From contig NW_002060966.1 in NCBI RefSeq assembly GCF_000150275.1, positions 340,581 to 404,580 of the forward strand: 64,000 nt of DNA. Reading direction: 5' to 3'. Within the stretch, counting starts at the first letter, position 1. Each line of letters starts with the position of its first letter. Below the pieces are notes generated by a model. That model was not told the origin of the DNA and did not search any database. It saw only the letters and a program-made list of their open reading frames with translations. Both the position numbers and the translations under genes were made by a program. This document shows positions 52,415-63,999 of the stretch, piece by piece. The DNA is from Trichoplax adhaerens (Eukaryota > Animalia > Placozoa).

Positions 52415-54126
52415 CATCAACTAAATTAGGCCTTCGATTCTACTTATTGCTTCTACTCTTACATTTATTATGAAATATTATTATCAACGATGATGTATAA
52501 ATACATAGGCGCACTTATAGCATTGATTTTTAAATTAGATCAATTTGAAGGAATAAGCATGATGCTTCTTTTGCATCGCAGCATTTATGTAGATGTGATG
52601 TTGCTAGGAAAGTCTTTAAACTCGCTAATTGTGAGTGTAATAAGTGTATCTCACAACTACTCTATCTAATCGAGTCTAATTTTCACAAATACAGTCATCT
52701 CAGACAGATTGAACTTAAAATAATTTTTTATTAGTGTTAAGCATCGTCGAACAATAATTAATATATTATTAACTAAAACAAGAATCTAATCTAAAATATC
52801 CTGAGCTCAAAAGAATTGCAAGCTCCTATCTGCTATCCTTAAATGTATTTAGTTTAATCTATTTACGGCTATAAAGTTGCCTACAATCAGACTTGAGTCA
52901 TTAAACGGAAAAATTTTCCTCAAATAAATCATCAATATGTTTACTGTACGAATTGATCTACTTAAAATATCATCTCTCTTCTCTTATTGTCCAATACTAG
53001 GTGCTAGACATCTTGACAATGGCAGTATATCGAATTAAAGCAATATACTAAACTAATAATACTTTAATATCAAGACTTTGCTGTTGTATAATTCGATGAC
53101 AACCTTTCACATGAGCAGTTATACATATCCAACCAATTTTTTGTTGATAAATTCGTTACAGCTTTGATTTTATAGTCGTCCTAATCTGAATCTTCTTGTT
53201 CATTATAATATAAAGGATAGCAATCGTATAATATTAGCATCATGATAATATCTATTCTTAGCAACTATGCTATATCAAATATAGCTATCAATACAATCAA
53301 CTGTGGAGTTCATTACTACAGCAAGATTGACAAATATGGCTATTATTAATGTCGGAACTTAAGCAAGGCCAAAGCATAAATGAATTGTTATATGCTTTAA
53401 TTTATTTAGATTTAGCTTCGGACTTACTAGCTATTACCGATTATTATATATTAGTTCTATCTGAAGATGGGACTAATCAATAATATAGAATTTACAAGTT
53501 ATCTTATTTCAGCGATACCGTAACAGCGAATGTTCATATCATGATAACGATAACACTGATATTTTAATCTTAATTAAACTAGGTACCAACTGGAAGTAAT
53601 CAATCATCACCACTGTTTTAATCAATAAGCATTTTCAAATCAATATCTTATAGTCTCAACGAAAAAGTGTAGCGAGCTAATTTGGGTTATGTAAAAATGA
53701 TAGCAATCTCTATCAGCGAAATAACTGCCCCAAAATAATGCTCTTTGCTTAAAAATTGGTTGTGTTAATCATCAAATTCTTAAAGATTATAATTCCTTTC
53801 TTACAATTTTTTATCACGGGCTGTGAGTCTATAAGATCAAAACCTAGCTTTCTATCCATTGCATTTGCGGTTATAATCTCATTGGTTGGCAGCATAATTC
53901 TTAGATTACCAGAACTTAAAATAATTTTCATCACCTTCGAATAGATGACGTAAGTATAAATGCAATGCGAGCAGTGATTTATAAAATGAGTAATTTACTA
54001 TTTGACTGCTATATTAATTAATGCGGAGAACATTCGTAACTGTATAAAATTCTTATTTAGAGATGACTATAAAGTAAATGAAGCCAGTTAAATGATATAA
54101 TAAGGGGGAAATTGCCGTTAAGAAAA

Positions 54127-54912
54127 TTATAATTTCGCTTGTGGAGAGCTTACTAATTTTTTACAATTATCGTTTAAATAATTTACGAAAATTTGTCCAC
54201 TATGATAGCCTTTTTCGACCAAATTGGAAAAGACTTTTTCGCCTCGATAAATATATTCGTCCAATTTTAAACTATGAAGAAGTTTATAACCCAATGAACG
54301 AACTCTTCGTTGCATTACCGGATTGAGAACGACCGTTAGCAAATATGAATAACCTAATCGAACACATAATGCTTTGACTAGTCCAGCACATAGGAATCCT
54401 ACCAATTTACCTGTGTATTTTTCACCTCTTACAGCTGCAACATCGTCGATAATCACCGTTTTATCAGGATTGAAAGATTCCATTTGCTCTACTTTTTCTA
54501 CTAATCGCAGCATACAATCCATCACCGGTGCAAGCGCTTCTTTCGGCTGGGTAGTTTCCTCATTTTCTGCAAATGATTGAAGTGCTTTGTTATAAGAGTA
54601 TGCTACTGCTACTCCAATTATCTGATTGGTTTCCATATCACGAGCGATTATGGATAACTTATCCTCAACAGACATTCTGCATTCATGGATAACCGATTCG
54701 AGATAGTCATCCACAGTAATTCCTCTCGTTTTGTACATTTCATTTTGTTCAATAAAAGACTTTGCCATCATAGCAGCGGCCTCATCGATTTCGTGTTCTT
54801 CCATGATACTATAACGAATTGGATAACGAGGATCATTGAGAAAGGTAGCATGACCTTTTTGGAATTGGAGAATAATTCTATTTACATATTGTGCCCTCTC
54901 GTAACTGTCCAT
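54127..54912 (-). CDS. GNAT-family N-acyltransferase, subfamily B, C-terminal AKL (PTS1)
   Basis: 261 aa; IIDDVAAVRGEKYTGKLVG; ends PQAKL-stop. Confidence 0.88.
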   Translation of the reverse strand: MDSYERAQYVNRIILQFQKGHATFLNDPRYPIRYSIMEEHEIDEAAAMMAKSFIEQNEMYKTRGITVDDYLESVIHECRMSVEDKLSIIARDMETNQIIGVAVAYSYNKALQSFAENEETTQPKEALAPVMDCMLRLVEKVEQMESFNPDKTVIIDDVAAVRGEKYTGKLVGFLCAGLVKALCVRLGYSYLLTVVLNPVMQRRVRSLGYKLLHSLKLDEYIYRGEKVFSNLVEKGYHSGQIFVNYLNDNCKKLVSSPQAKL

Positions 54913-56429
54913 GTTTAAAATTGTTTTAAGCTTTAATAAGCAGGTAAAGCTTGATGCCTGATTAAGTTATGAAGATACAATTCAAGTTGGATAAGCAATA
55001 GCCAGATATCATGAAAGTTTTTTGATTTATTTTTCAGTCCACAAAAACAAGTCTTGATGTTTAATTTGGAAGGGTTCTGTAATGAAGTCAAGTTATGTAA
55101 AATCACGATCATATCATGACTAAGGATGTAGTACTCGCATGATTATTATCCTAATTAACTATGCAATGAACGAATTCATTAGTATATTTACCATTATTTC
55201 CTATACACTGGCTCTTGTTTCCTTCATTTAATGCCAAATTGTCATCAGTAGTTTTAATATAGAACTATTTCCAACCCTACAGTATCTAGTCATGCAAGGG
55301 TATTAGGCCTCTCTGTAGTGGTTAAAAGAGTTTATTACTTCAAAAATATTACCGTTGAATTTTACATTAGTAGAACTTAAGATGACGCAACTACACACAC
55401 AAATACAACTAGCGCAAGGTTATCGACCTACTCCAGCTCCAAGTAGTGAGTCTTTTATAGTCTACATTCCTAGAAAGGATTAATGATAAAGATGTTTTCC
55501 CAATCCCTATTTCAGTCAGTTCAACTCATATCTTATTTTTTGCTTCCTATACTATTGCTTATTTTCATTTATATTTAATGTGGGCCTTATGAGTGCAAGA
55601 CCCCAAGCTACGTATGATTGTCATCCCTCACTTTGGGCCAATTATACGCCATCTACTTAGAAGTGTCGGTACCACCTACCAAGGCGCCATGTAGTCCTAC
55701 TTAACCGCATGACTAACATCCCTAGTAATATCTTTTAATAATCCGCTAGGCCTATTACACCTGATAGAATGCCACTAACACCGCTAACCTACTATCTTAT
55801 TTACTCGGGCTCAGCGTAGTCTAGTTTTCATACAGTAGTAAACTGGGAAACCTCCTCATAACTGTTCATAAATATGAAAGATGCAAGCAAAAGCATGCCA
55901 AATTATTTTCTTAGGATTCATATTGTCATCATAGCTTATTGGCGTTGCTTTTACCGCAATTTCATACCTAATTCTTAATTTACTTTATATAGTAAATGAA
56001 GTACGTTATAATATTACAATTGCAACTCTGTTAGCAGAATAAATGAGATATGATATGGCCGATGATAAGGTAACGAAGGGAGGATAGGTATAGCTTCAGA
56101 AAGCATCTGGATGATCATAATGGTTATAAAAATTGCCTACCTCAAGGTTATATTGAATTAATTACAGTTACAAGAAGATTTATCGTTATTCTTGACCTTA
56201 CCGAATAGCTACTGCAACATCCTTAGTACGTAAGTCAATAGACATATCCTTCACGATACGATACCACTTCTTCGTTCAATGATAATTCCTTGAAACAGTC
56301 AGACGCCTCCTTGCTGAAGATTATATTGTACTGCATACTGTAGAAGATTAACTGCAGCATGACAGTAATCTGTTTTATTACTAACCAGCTAAATTAGACG
56401 GGATGAAATTTAAAAGTTTTCATGATATA

Positions 56430-57540
56430 GACTATCATCAATAGCAACAATAATAGAGTAAGTTATTAATTGAAATATTACAATTTCTTACGAGAATACA
56501 GTCAGCAATTATTCCCTCATCAAGACAAGTATCTTTGATTTTCCTAAAGGAGCAAACTTAGAATACAGATAAAGCAACGGCTATCATCAACAGTATTAAG
56601 AATAGAGTATTTTATTGATTGAGCATTTAATACGTTTATAACCATACAATAATCAATTATTTCATTCTCAGTACGATTATTTTCGATACTTCTACAGCAA
56701 TAGAATCAGAATATTATTGACGGCCCCGAGAATAATGTATTTTACTGATTAAGAAATTAAATATGTTTAAAAGTATACAAGAATTAATTATTGAATCATC
56801 AATATCAAAAACTTTGGTATTCCTGAATGGATATAATTTCAGAATATAGGCATGTTATAATTGTTATTTCTAAGCTATTCCGAACTACTAGTTCATAGCA
56901 ATACTGAGATTCGAGAGCCTTAGGATAAGAATAACTTTATCACATACAGTACGTGAAAAGGTTACAGAATATTAGCAATAAAAAGGCTATAACTAATTGT
57001 AGAATGTTAGTCTAGTAATCTCTACTTGGAAAATCTGTTAGGCTACTTTAGCTCTCTCTAAGGCCCCTTTTATACGATCCGGCCCATCTTATTATTCAAC
57101 ATACTTTGAGCAAAACTCTAGCACAAATATTCCCATAAGCAATTCTCGGCCTGTTGTAGGACTAATATGAGCTCAATCATCACAGCTAAACAACAGTCTC
57201 GTGACCGATCCAACATAGCGTTAACACAAAATCTATAAATATCTAATTCTAATATAGATCACAATATTACAAGACAAAATGGTTATCATCAACAGCATCA
57301 AGAATAGAATAATTTATTGATTGAGACATTAATCACATTTAAAATTTCGGTATGTAATTAGCAATTATTTCGTCATCAATGTTAGAATCTTTGATCTTCT
57401 TAACGTAATTAAATTAGAATATAGATAAAAAAAAAGACTAGTACCAACAGCATCAAGAATAGAGGATTTCATTGATTGAAATGTTAAATATGTTTTCCAA
57501 TATAGTATGCAATAAACAATTATTTCATCATCAGTACCGG
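56430..57540. repeat. Degenerate ~130-155-bp tandem repeat (interrupted block)
   Basis: Core ctatcatcaacagcatcaagaatagagtattttattgattgag at about 56430, 56580, 56690, 57283 and 57440. Confidence 0.75.
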
Positions 57541-57662
57541 TGTAACAGTCCAAACTATAACCCTAGTCTAGAATAGACTGGGAGTATAATCTAGGCTAGC
57601 CTAGTTTATATCCCTCTAGGCCGGAGTATACCCCCATCTTGCATACAAGTATATCAAGTAAT

Positions 57663-58686
57663 CGAGGAAATAAGATTAAATTCTGATCTGATTTCACACC
57701 AACTAATCTCATGCAGATCACATGGAGCACAAATTCAATAGATATTTTATAATTATAACTTTACTTATCAAGTTCTTCGGTTCTTCCAGTTTTGCAGAAT
57801 ACGTTAGCCTTTACTTTGTCTAGCGACTTTGATCTGAACGAATCTATTATTAGCAATTATAATCAACCATTTGTTGAGAAAATATATTTTTTAAACTCTA
57901 ATTACAGCATTTGGGTGCTGTGAAATATTCTCTAGGAATGCAGCATCGCCGGTCAAGATTTAGAGACTGATATTGGCAGGATACGTCAGACATCTCTTTG
58001 GCTGGCCAATTAGTGTGTAAATTACGATATCACAGCCTATCAAACTTGCTGCAGCCATGACTTGAGCATTAATAGCCATATTCCGTCTTGTATTATTTCA
58101 GAGTCGGTCATATAATCACGAACATTCTGATTAGGTAGAGTTGGAACCCTCACGGCAATATCAGTGTTCATATGCTACGCGACTTGATTGAGAATAATGT
58201 TGTGGCTTTCCTAAGATCCTGTAAGCGTATAGTTAATAGCTCGAAAGTAGCAGTTGCGATCTCTTTTGGTGCTGTAGGGTCTTCTTGGCTGTGATAGTTT
58301 AGATTGTCCCCCGAAGTATACTGAATTCGATAATGTCGGATACAGTGCAATCAATCGTTTAGCACGATCCAAGTGGTAAATATTTTGGAGATATTTTCTT
58401 TCGAAGCTGGTGTAGAAGTGTAAAATCTGGTTGTATAGATCGCTATCCACGATGCAAGTGTGCAGTAATACATAAATTTAAATCTATAAAGTTAACAGGC
58501 TAAGCTACGTATGAAATATGATCTGAAATCTTTAATGTTACACTAACGACAGGAACCAAATCAGAATATAAACAGAAAGTAGCTATTACCAACAGCCACA
58601 AGATTAGAGTGCTTCATCGATTGAGAAATTAGACATGTTTAGATCTATCGTACAGTATACAAAAAATAAATGTTTCTTTATCAATA
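57663..58686. repeat. ~1-kb segment duplicated at 62978-63999
   Basis: Near-identical from cgaggaaataagattaaattctgatctg to aatgtttctttatcaatac; both copies contain the 79-codon MDSDLYNQILHFY ORF. Confidence 0.9.
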
Positions 58687-58781
58687 CAAGTACTTTTGAT
58701 ATTGCTGCAGGAAAAATGCTAATGCATAGATGATTATAGTATTGGTAGTTAATCATCCTTTCAACTATATGAGAATCGTAT

Positions 58782-59540
58782 TCATTTTTTGTTATTTTTC
58801 CCTATGTCCTTGATAAAGATTTGCACTTCCTTGTAGCCTTTTGCTACTAAATCCAGAAAGACTTTTACATCTTTATAGGTATATTCATTTAAATCGACTG
58901 AACAAATTAATCGATAGCCAACTGCAAGAGCTCTTTTTTGCATGATTGGATTGAAAATAGTGGTTATCATTTTTTCATAACCATGTCGAGCACTTATTGC
59001 TTCTACTAAAAAACCGCTCAAGAATCCAATAGCCTTACTAGCATATTTTTCACCTCTCAAGCAAGCAACATCATCGATAACGATCATTTTCTTTGGATCA
59101 AAGGATTCTTTTTTCTCTGCGTCTTCATATAATTGCATCATACAATCCATAATCGGAGCCATAGCTTCTCCATAGTTATTAATAACGTTCTCGCCCGCAG
59201 TCGCTTCAGTTGCCTTACTGTAAACATAACCAATTCCTACTCCAACTAATTTATTATTTTCTATATCTCGAGCAACGATTGCTAATTTATCTTCCATCGC
59301 CAATCGGAATTCAAATTTAGCAGCAAGGATATATTGCTCAACTGTTACACCTTGACTTTTAAAAATTTCATTTTGTTCAATAAAAGAGATAGCAATGACT
59401 TTCATAGCTTCATCCATATCTTCTTCTTGCATGACACTATACCGTATATTATTTTTTTCATCGACGATAAAAGAAGAATCGCTATCTCGAAATTGTTTAT
59501 AAAGCTCTAGTACATGTTCCATGGGATTGTGTTTAGCCAT
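58782..59540 (-). CDS. GNAT-family N-acyltransferase, subfamily B (MAKHNP type), no PTS1, 252 aa
   Basis: First ATG at 59540 (the ORF track starts at an upstream GTG); VIDDVACLRGEKYASKAIG; ends GKNNKK. Confidence 0.88.
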   Translation of the reverse strand: MAKHNPMEHVLELYKQFRDSDSSFIVDEKNNIRYSVMQEEDMDEAMKVIAISFIEQNEIFKSQGVTVEQYILAAKFEFRLAMEDKLAIVARDIENNKLVGVGIGYVYSKATEATAGENVINNYGEAMAPIMDCMMQLYEDAEKKESFDPKKMIVIDDVACLRGEKYASKAIGFLSGFLVEAISARHGYEKMITTIFNPIMQKRALAVGYRLICSVDLNEYTYKDVKVFLDLVAKGYKEVQIFIKDIGKNNKK

Positions 59541-60734
59541 GTTGAAATCGTAGCTGTTTGTTGGTGTGTAATATTGTTGAAACCTATCCACAAGTGAATA
59601 GTATATTAATAATTAGCCACTAGTTAGAGAATTACCGTAGCAACGATAGATTGATAGTAATGATAGAGACAACAAGAATCTTTACCTTCGATCTTAGCCG
59701 TAGGGGGAAAATGGCTGAATAAAAGAAGGTGCCAAGGTTGTATAAATGAAAATCGATGATGGTACCGGCAATCATCATGTGACAGTATGAATAAACTATT
59801 AATCCAGAATTTTATTCATGGATTAATTTCTATCGGGTTTAAATTAATTCAACCAGTTGTTTACTAAAGCGTATCGAGTTCATTGTTATGGAAATCAAGA
59901 TTGATTTGCTCCGTTTTCAGTGGGTTTAATTAATCTTCTCTATCTTACATTCATAGTGGAATGCCAATAGTGCTGAGTATGTTTCTATCGGTGGTCTAGA
60001 TTATCCTTAGTCTAAGTTCATACCCGCTCCACTATAATAGTGTATAACTCCATATTTAGCTAAGCTCTATTTTACTTTGACACTGTGGGATTCTAGTGAT
60101 ACTCTAATCCGATTGCATTGTAGAAATCTTCCTAATATCTGAGCTCTTCTTCCTTTACTCTTTGGTTTTTCTCAATTGTTTCCTTCCGCTGTGCTTCTAA
60201 CATTCTATAAGCTATTTTCATACGTCGATAACTTGATTTAGTGTTCACTTAGCTTCCTGCGATGGCGTTAACTTTAATGTTATCACTAACGAACAATATA
60301 TATATATATATAGATCACTGAGTTTACTAAAGCTCAGGAGGCATTCCGATGAATTATTAGATGGTATTTCGTATTCAATTCTGCCTTACTATACTATCTT
60401 TACCTCAATGCAATATCAGTCATCGTTTTAACTTACCTTCATTTCTTAATAGCTACTTTATTGGTTTAATTATTTAAATTGTAGTTTAATATACAACCGT
60501 ATTTTCGTTTACCTGAGGCAAATATCATCATTCCTTGACATAACTTATCATATCGGACATCACGGATCAATTTACATCGGTAGAGCTTCTTAATTGCATT
60601 ATAATGTCCTGCCCATGATGTCTTAGAGGGTACTAAAGTTAGGTGGAAATCATTGCTATAGCAAATTTAGCACAGCATAACTAGCCAGTTGGAGAACCAA
60701 AATGATTGCCTGGCTATTCACTATAATACATGTA

Positions 60735-61640
60735 CGTTAGCAATTATTTCATCAACCCAAGCATATTTGATTCTTCTAAAGAAAAAAAATGAGAATATAG
60801 ATAAAAAATGGCTATTATCAACTGTATCAAGAATAGAATACTTTATTGATTCAGATTTCAGACATTAAATATGTTTATAACTATGTAATAAACATTTATT
60901 TCATCATCAATACAAGTATCTTAGAGGCTTCCTAAAGGAACAAAATTAGAACATAGGTAAAAAGTGGCTATCATCGACAGCACCAAGAATGGAATATTTT
61001 AATAATTGAAAGATTAAATTAAACATGTTGATAATTGCACAATAAGTAATATCTATATCATTGATATAAGTATTTTTAATGCTCCTAAAGGAGCAAATCA
61101 GAACACCATTAACAGCATCAAGAATAGAGTATTTTACTGATTGAGACATTAAACATGTTTATAACTACAACATGCAATCAGCAATTATTTCATTATCAAT
61201 ACAAGTACCATTGATCCTCCTAACGAAATTAAACTAGAATACAGATGAAAAAAACTATCATCAACCACATCAAGAATAGAGGATTTTATTGAATGAGAGA
61301 ATAAAAATGTTTAGAACTATGCAAGAAGCAATTAGTTTATCACCAATGTAAGTAACTTTAATGTTCTTAAGGGAAAAAATTACACTACCATCAACAGCGT
61401 CAAGAATAGAGTAATCTGCTGATTGAGATATTCAATATGCATTTAACTACGGCATACAATAAACAATTCCTTCATCATCAGTAAAGGCATCTGCAATGTT
61501 CCTTAAGGAACAAAATAAAAAAATAGACAAAAAGTGACTATCATTAACAACAACAAGAATAATGTAATTTATCGATGGAGAAGTTAAACATATCATAACT
61601 ACGATATACAATAAGCAATTGTTTCATCGTCAATCTTATA
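60735..61640. repeat. Degenerate ~130-157-bp tandem repeat, about 6 units
   Basis: Core at about 60811, 60967, 61107, 61255, 61385 and 61538. Confidence 0.8.
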
Positions 61641-61733
61641 AGTTTTGTTGATTTTTCTTCAGGTAAAATATTAATAAATTGATGATTATAGTATTGTTAG
61701 TTAATCATCCTTTTAACCATTTGAGAGTTATAT

Positions 61734-62492
61734 TCACTTCTTATTATCTTTGCGTATGTCCTTGATAAAGATTTGCACTTCCTTGTAGCCTTTTGCTACT
61801 AAATCCAGAAAGACTTTTTCATCTTTATAGGTATATTCATTTAAATCGACTGAACAAATTAATCGATAGCCAACTGCAAGACTTCGTTTTTGCATGATTG
61901 GATTGAAAATAGTGGTTATCATGTTGTCATAACCATGTCGAGCACTTATTGCTTCTACTAAAAAACCGCTCAAGAATCCAATAGCCTTACTAGCATATTT
62001 TTCACCTCTCAAGCAAGCAACATCATCGATAACGATCATTTTCTTTGGATCAAAGGATTCTTTTTTCTCTGCGTCTTCATATAATTGCATCATACAATCC
62101 ATAATCGGAGCCATAGCTTCTCCATAGTTATTAATAACGTTCTCGCCCGCTGTCACTTCAGTTACCTTACTATAAACATAACCAATTCCTACTCCAACTA
62201 ATTTATTATTTTCTATATCTCGAGCAACGATTGCCAATTTATCTTCCATCGCCAATCGGCATTCAAATTTAGCAGCAAGGATATACTGCTCGACCGTAAC
62301 ACCTCGACTTTTATAAATTTCATTTTGTTCAATAAAAGAGATAGCAATGACTTTCATAGCTTCATCCATATCTTCTTCTTGCATGACACTATACCGTATA
62401 TTATTTTTTTCATCGACGATAAAGGGAGAATCGCTATCTCGAAATTGTTTATAAAGCTCTAGTACATGTTCCATAGGATTGTGTTTAGCCAT
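61734..62492 (-). CDS. GNAT-family N-acyltransferase, subfamily B (MAKHNP type), no PTS1, 252 aa
   Basis: Near-identical to 58782 and 43943; ends RKDNKK. Confidence 0.88.
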   Translation of the reverse strand: MAKHNPMEHVLELYKQFRDSDSPFIVDEKNNIRYSVMQEEDMDEAMKVIAISFIEQNEIYKSRGVTVEQYILAAKFECRLAMEDKLAIVARDIENNKLVGVGIGYVYSKVTEVTAGENVINNYGEAMAPIMDCMMQLYEDAEKKESFDPKKMIVIDDVACLRGEKYASKAIGFLSGFLVEAISARHGYDNMITTIFNPIMQKRSLAVGYRLICSVDLNEYTYKDEKVFLDLVAKGYKEVQIFIKDIRKDNKK

Positions 62493-62719
62493 GTTGAAAT
62501 CGTTGCAGTTTGATGTTTAGTAATATAATTGAACCTATCCACAAATGAAATAGTACAGTAAATGGCTGTTAGATACAGGAGTACTTTAGCAAAGATAGAT
62601 TGAAAGTGATGATGGAGACCACAAGAACTTCTATCTGCGATTTTAGCCGTAGGTGAAAAGGGCTGAGATCAAGAATGTGCCAAGGTCATGTGAAAATCGA
62701 TGATGGAGCTAGCAATCAC

Positions 62720-62727
62720 CACGTGAT
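62720..62727 (-). promoter_or_regulatory. E-box ATCACGTG, 228 bp upstream of ATG
   Basis: Same context as 44928 (recent duplicate). Confidence 0.55.
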
Positions 62728-62927
62728 AGTGTACTGGGACTGCTATATATATTGTACACAATTTCATGCAAGGATTGATTTTTATAGGGCTTTAAATTAA
62801 ATTAAATTAATTTAATCAGTTGTTTACCAAAGCGTATCGAGTTCATTGTTATGGAAATCAAGATTGATTTGCTCCGTTTTCAGAGAGTTTAATCTTCTCT
62901 ATCTTGCATTCATAATGGACTACCCAT

Positions 62928-62977
62928 NNNNNNNNNNNNNNNNNNNNNNNNNNNNNNNNNNNNNNNNNNNNNNNNNN
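62928..62977. other. Assembly gap (50 N)
   Basis: Run of N. Confidence 1.
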
Positions 62978-63999
62978 CGAGGAAATAAGATTAAATTCTG
63001 ATCTGATTTCACACCAACTAATCTCATGCAGGCCACATGGAGCACAAATTCCATAGATATTTTATAATTATAACTTTACTTATCAAGGTCTTCGGGTCTT
63101 CCCGTTTTGAAGAAAACGTTAGCCTTTACTTTGTCTAGCGACTTTGATCTGAACAAATCTATTATTTAGCAATTATAATCAACCATTTGTTGAGAAAATA
63201 TATTTTTTAAACTCTAATTACAGCATTTGGGTGCTGTGAAATATTCTCTAGGAATGCAGCACCGCCAGTCAAGATTTAAAGACTGAAATTGGCAGGTTAC
63301 GTCAGACATCTCTTTTGCAGGCTAATTAATGTGTAAATTACGATATCACAGCCTATCAAACTTGCTGCAGCCATAACTTGGGCATTAATAGCCATATTCC
63401 GTCTTGTGTTATTTCAGAGTCGGTCATATAATCATGAACATTCCGATTAGGCAGAGTTGGAACCCTCGCGGCGATATCAGCGATCATATGCTACACGACT
63501 TGATTGAGAATAATGTTGTGGCTTTCTTAAGATCTTGTAAGTGTATAGTTAGTAGCTCGAAAGCAGCAAATGCGATCTCTTTTGGTGCTGTAGGGTCTTC
63601 TTGGCAGTGATAGTTTAGATTGTGCCCCAAAGTATACTGAATTCGTTAATGTCGGATACAGTGCAATCAATCGTTTAGCGCGATCCAAGTGGTAAATATC
63701 TTGGGGATATTTTCTTTCGAAGCTGGTGTAGAAGTGTAAAATCTGGTTGTATAGATCGCTATCCATGATGCAAGTTTGCAGTAATACATAAAATTTAAAT
63801 CTATAAAGTTAACAGGCTAAGCTACGTATGANATATGATCTGAAATCGTTAATGTTACACTAACGACAGGAACCAATTCAGAATATAAACAGAAAGTAGC
63901 TATTACCAACAGCCACAAGATTAGAGTGCTTTATCGATTGAGAAATTAGACACGTCTAGATCTATCGTATACAAAAAATAAATGTTTCTTTATCAATAC
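62978..63999. repeat. Second copy of the 57663-58686 segment
   Basis: Direct alignment by eye. Confidence 0.9.

Noticed and set aside
53749-53934. KLGFDLIDS...IFKNL as a GNAT C-terminal remnant
   Set aside because: Too weak to support without an alignment score.
51429-54912. N-terminal PTS2 in the RI...HA segments
   Set aside because: Spacing is x7, not the x5 required by R-[LVI]-x5-[HQ]-[LA].
58760-58784. Cryptic PTS1 by stop-codon readthrough in the MAKHNP copies
   Set aside because: Readthrough gives IRFSYS (or a single I in the 61734 copy), and the stop context is not TGA-CTA.
60946-61149. ORF with repeated KYSILDAV as a repeat protein
   Set aside because: It arises from the ~140-bp satellite; unit lengths do not preserve frame and other units contain stops.
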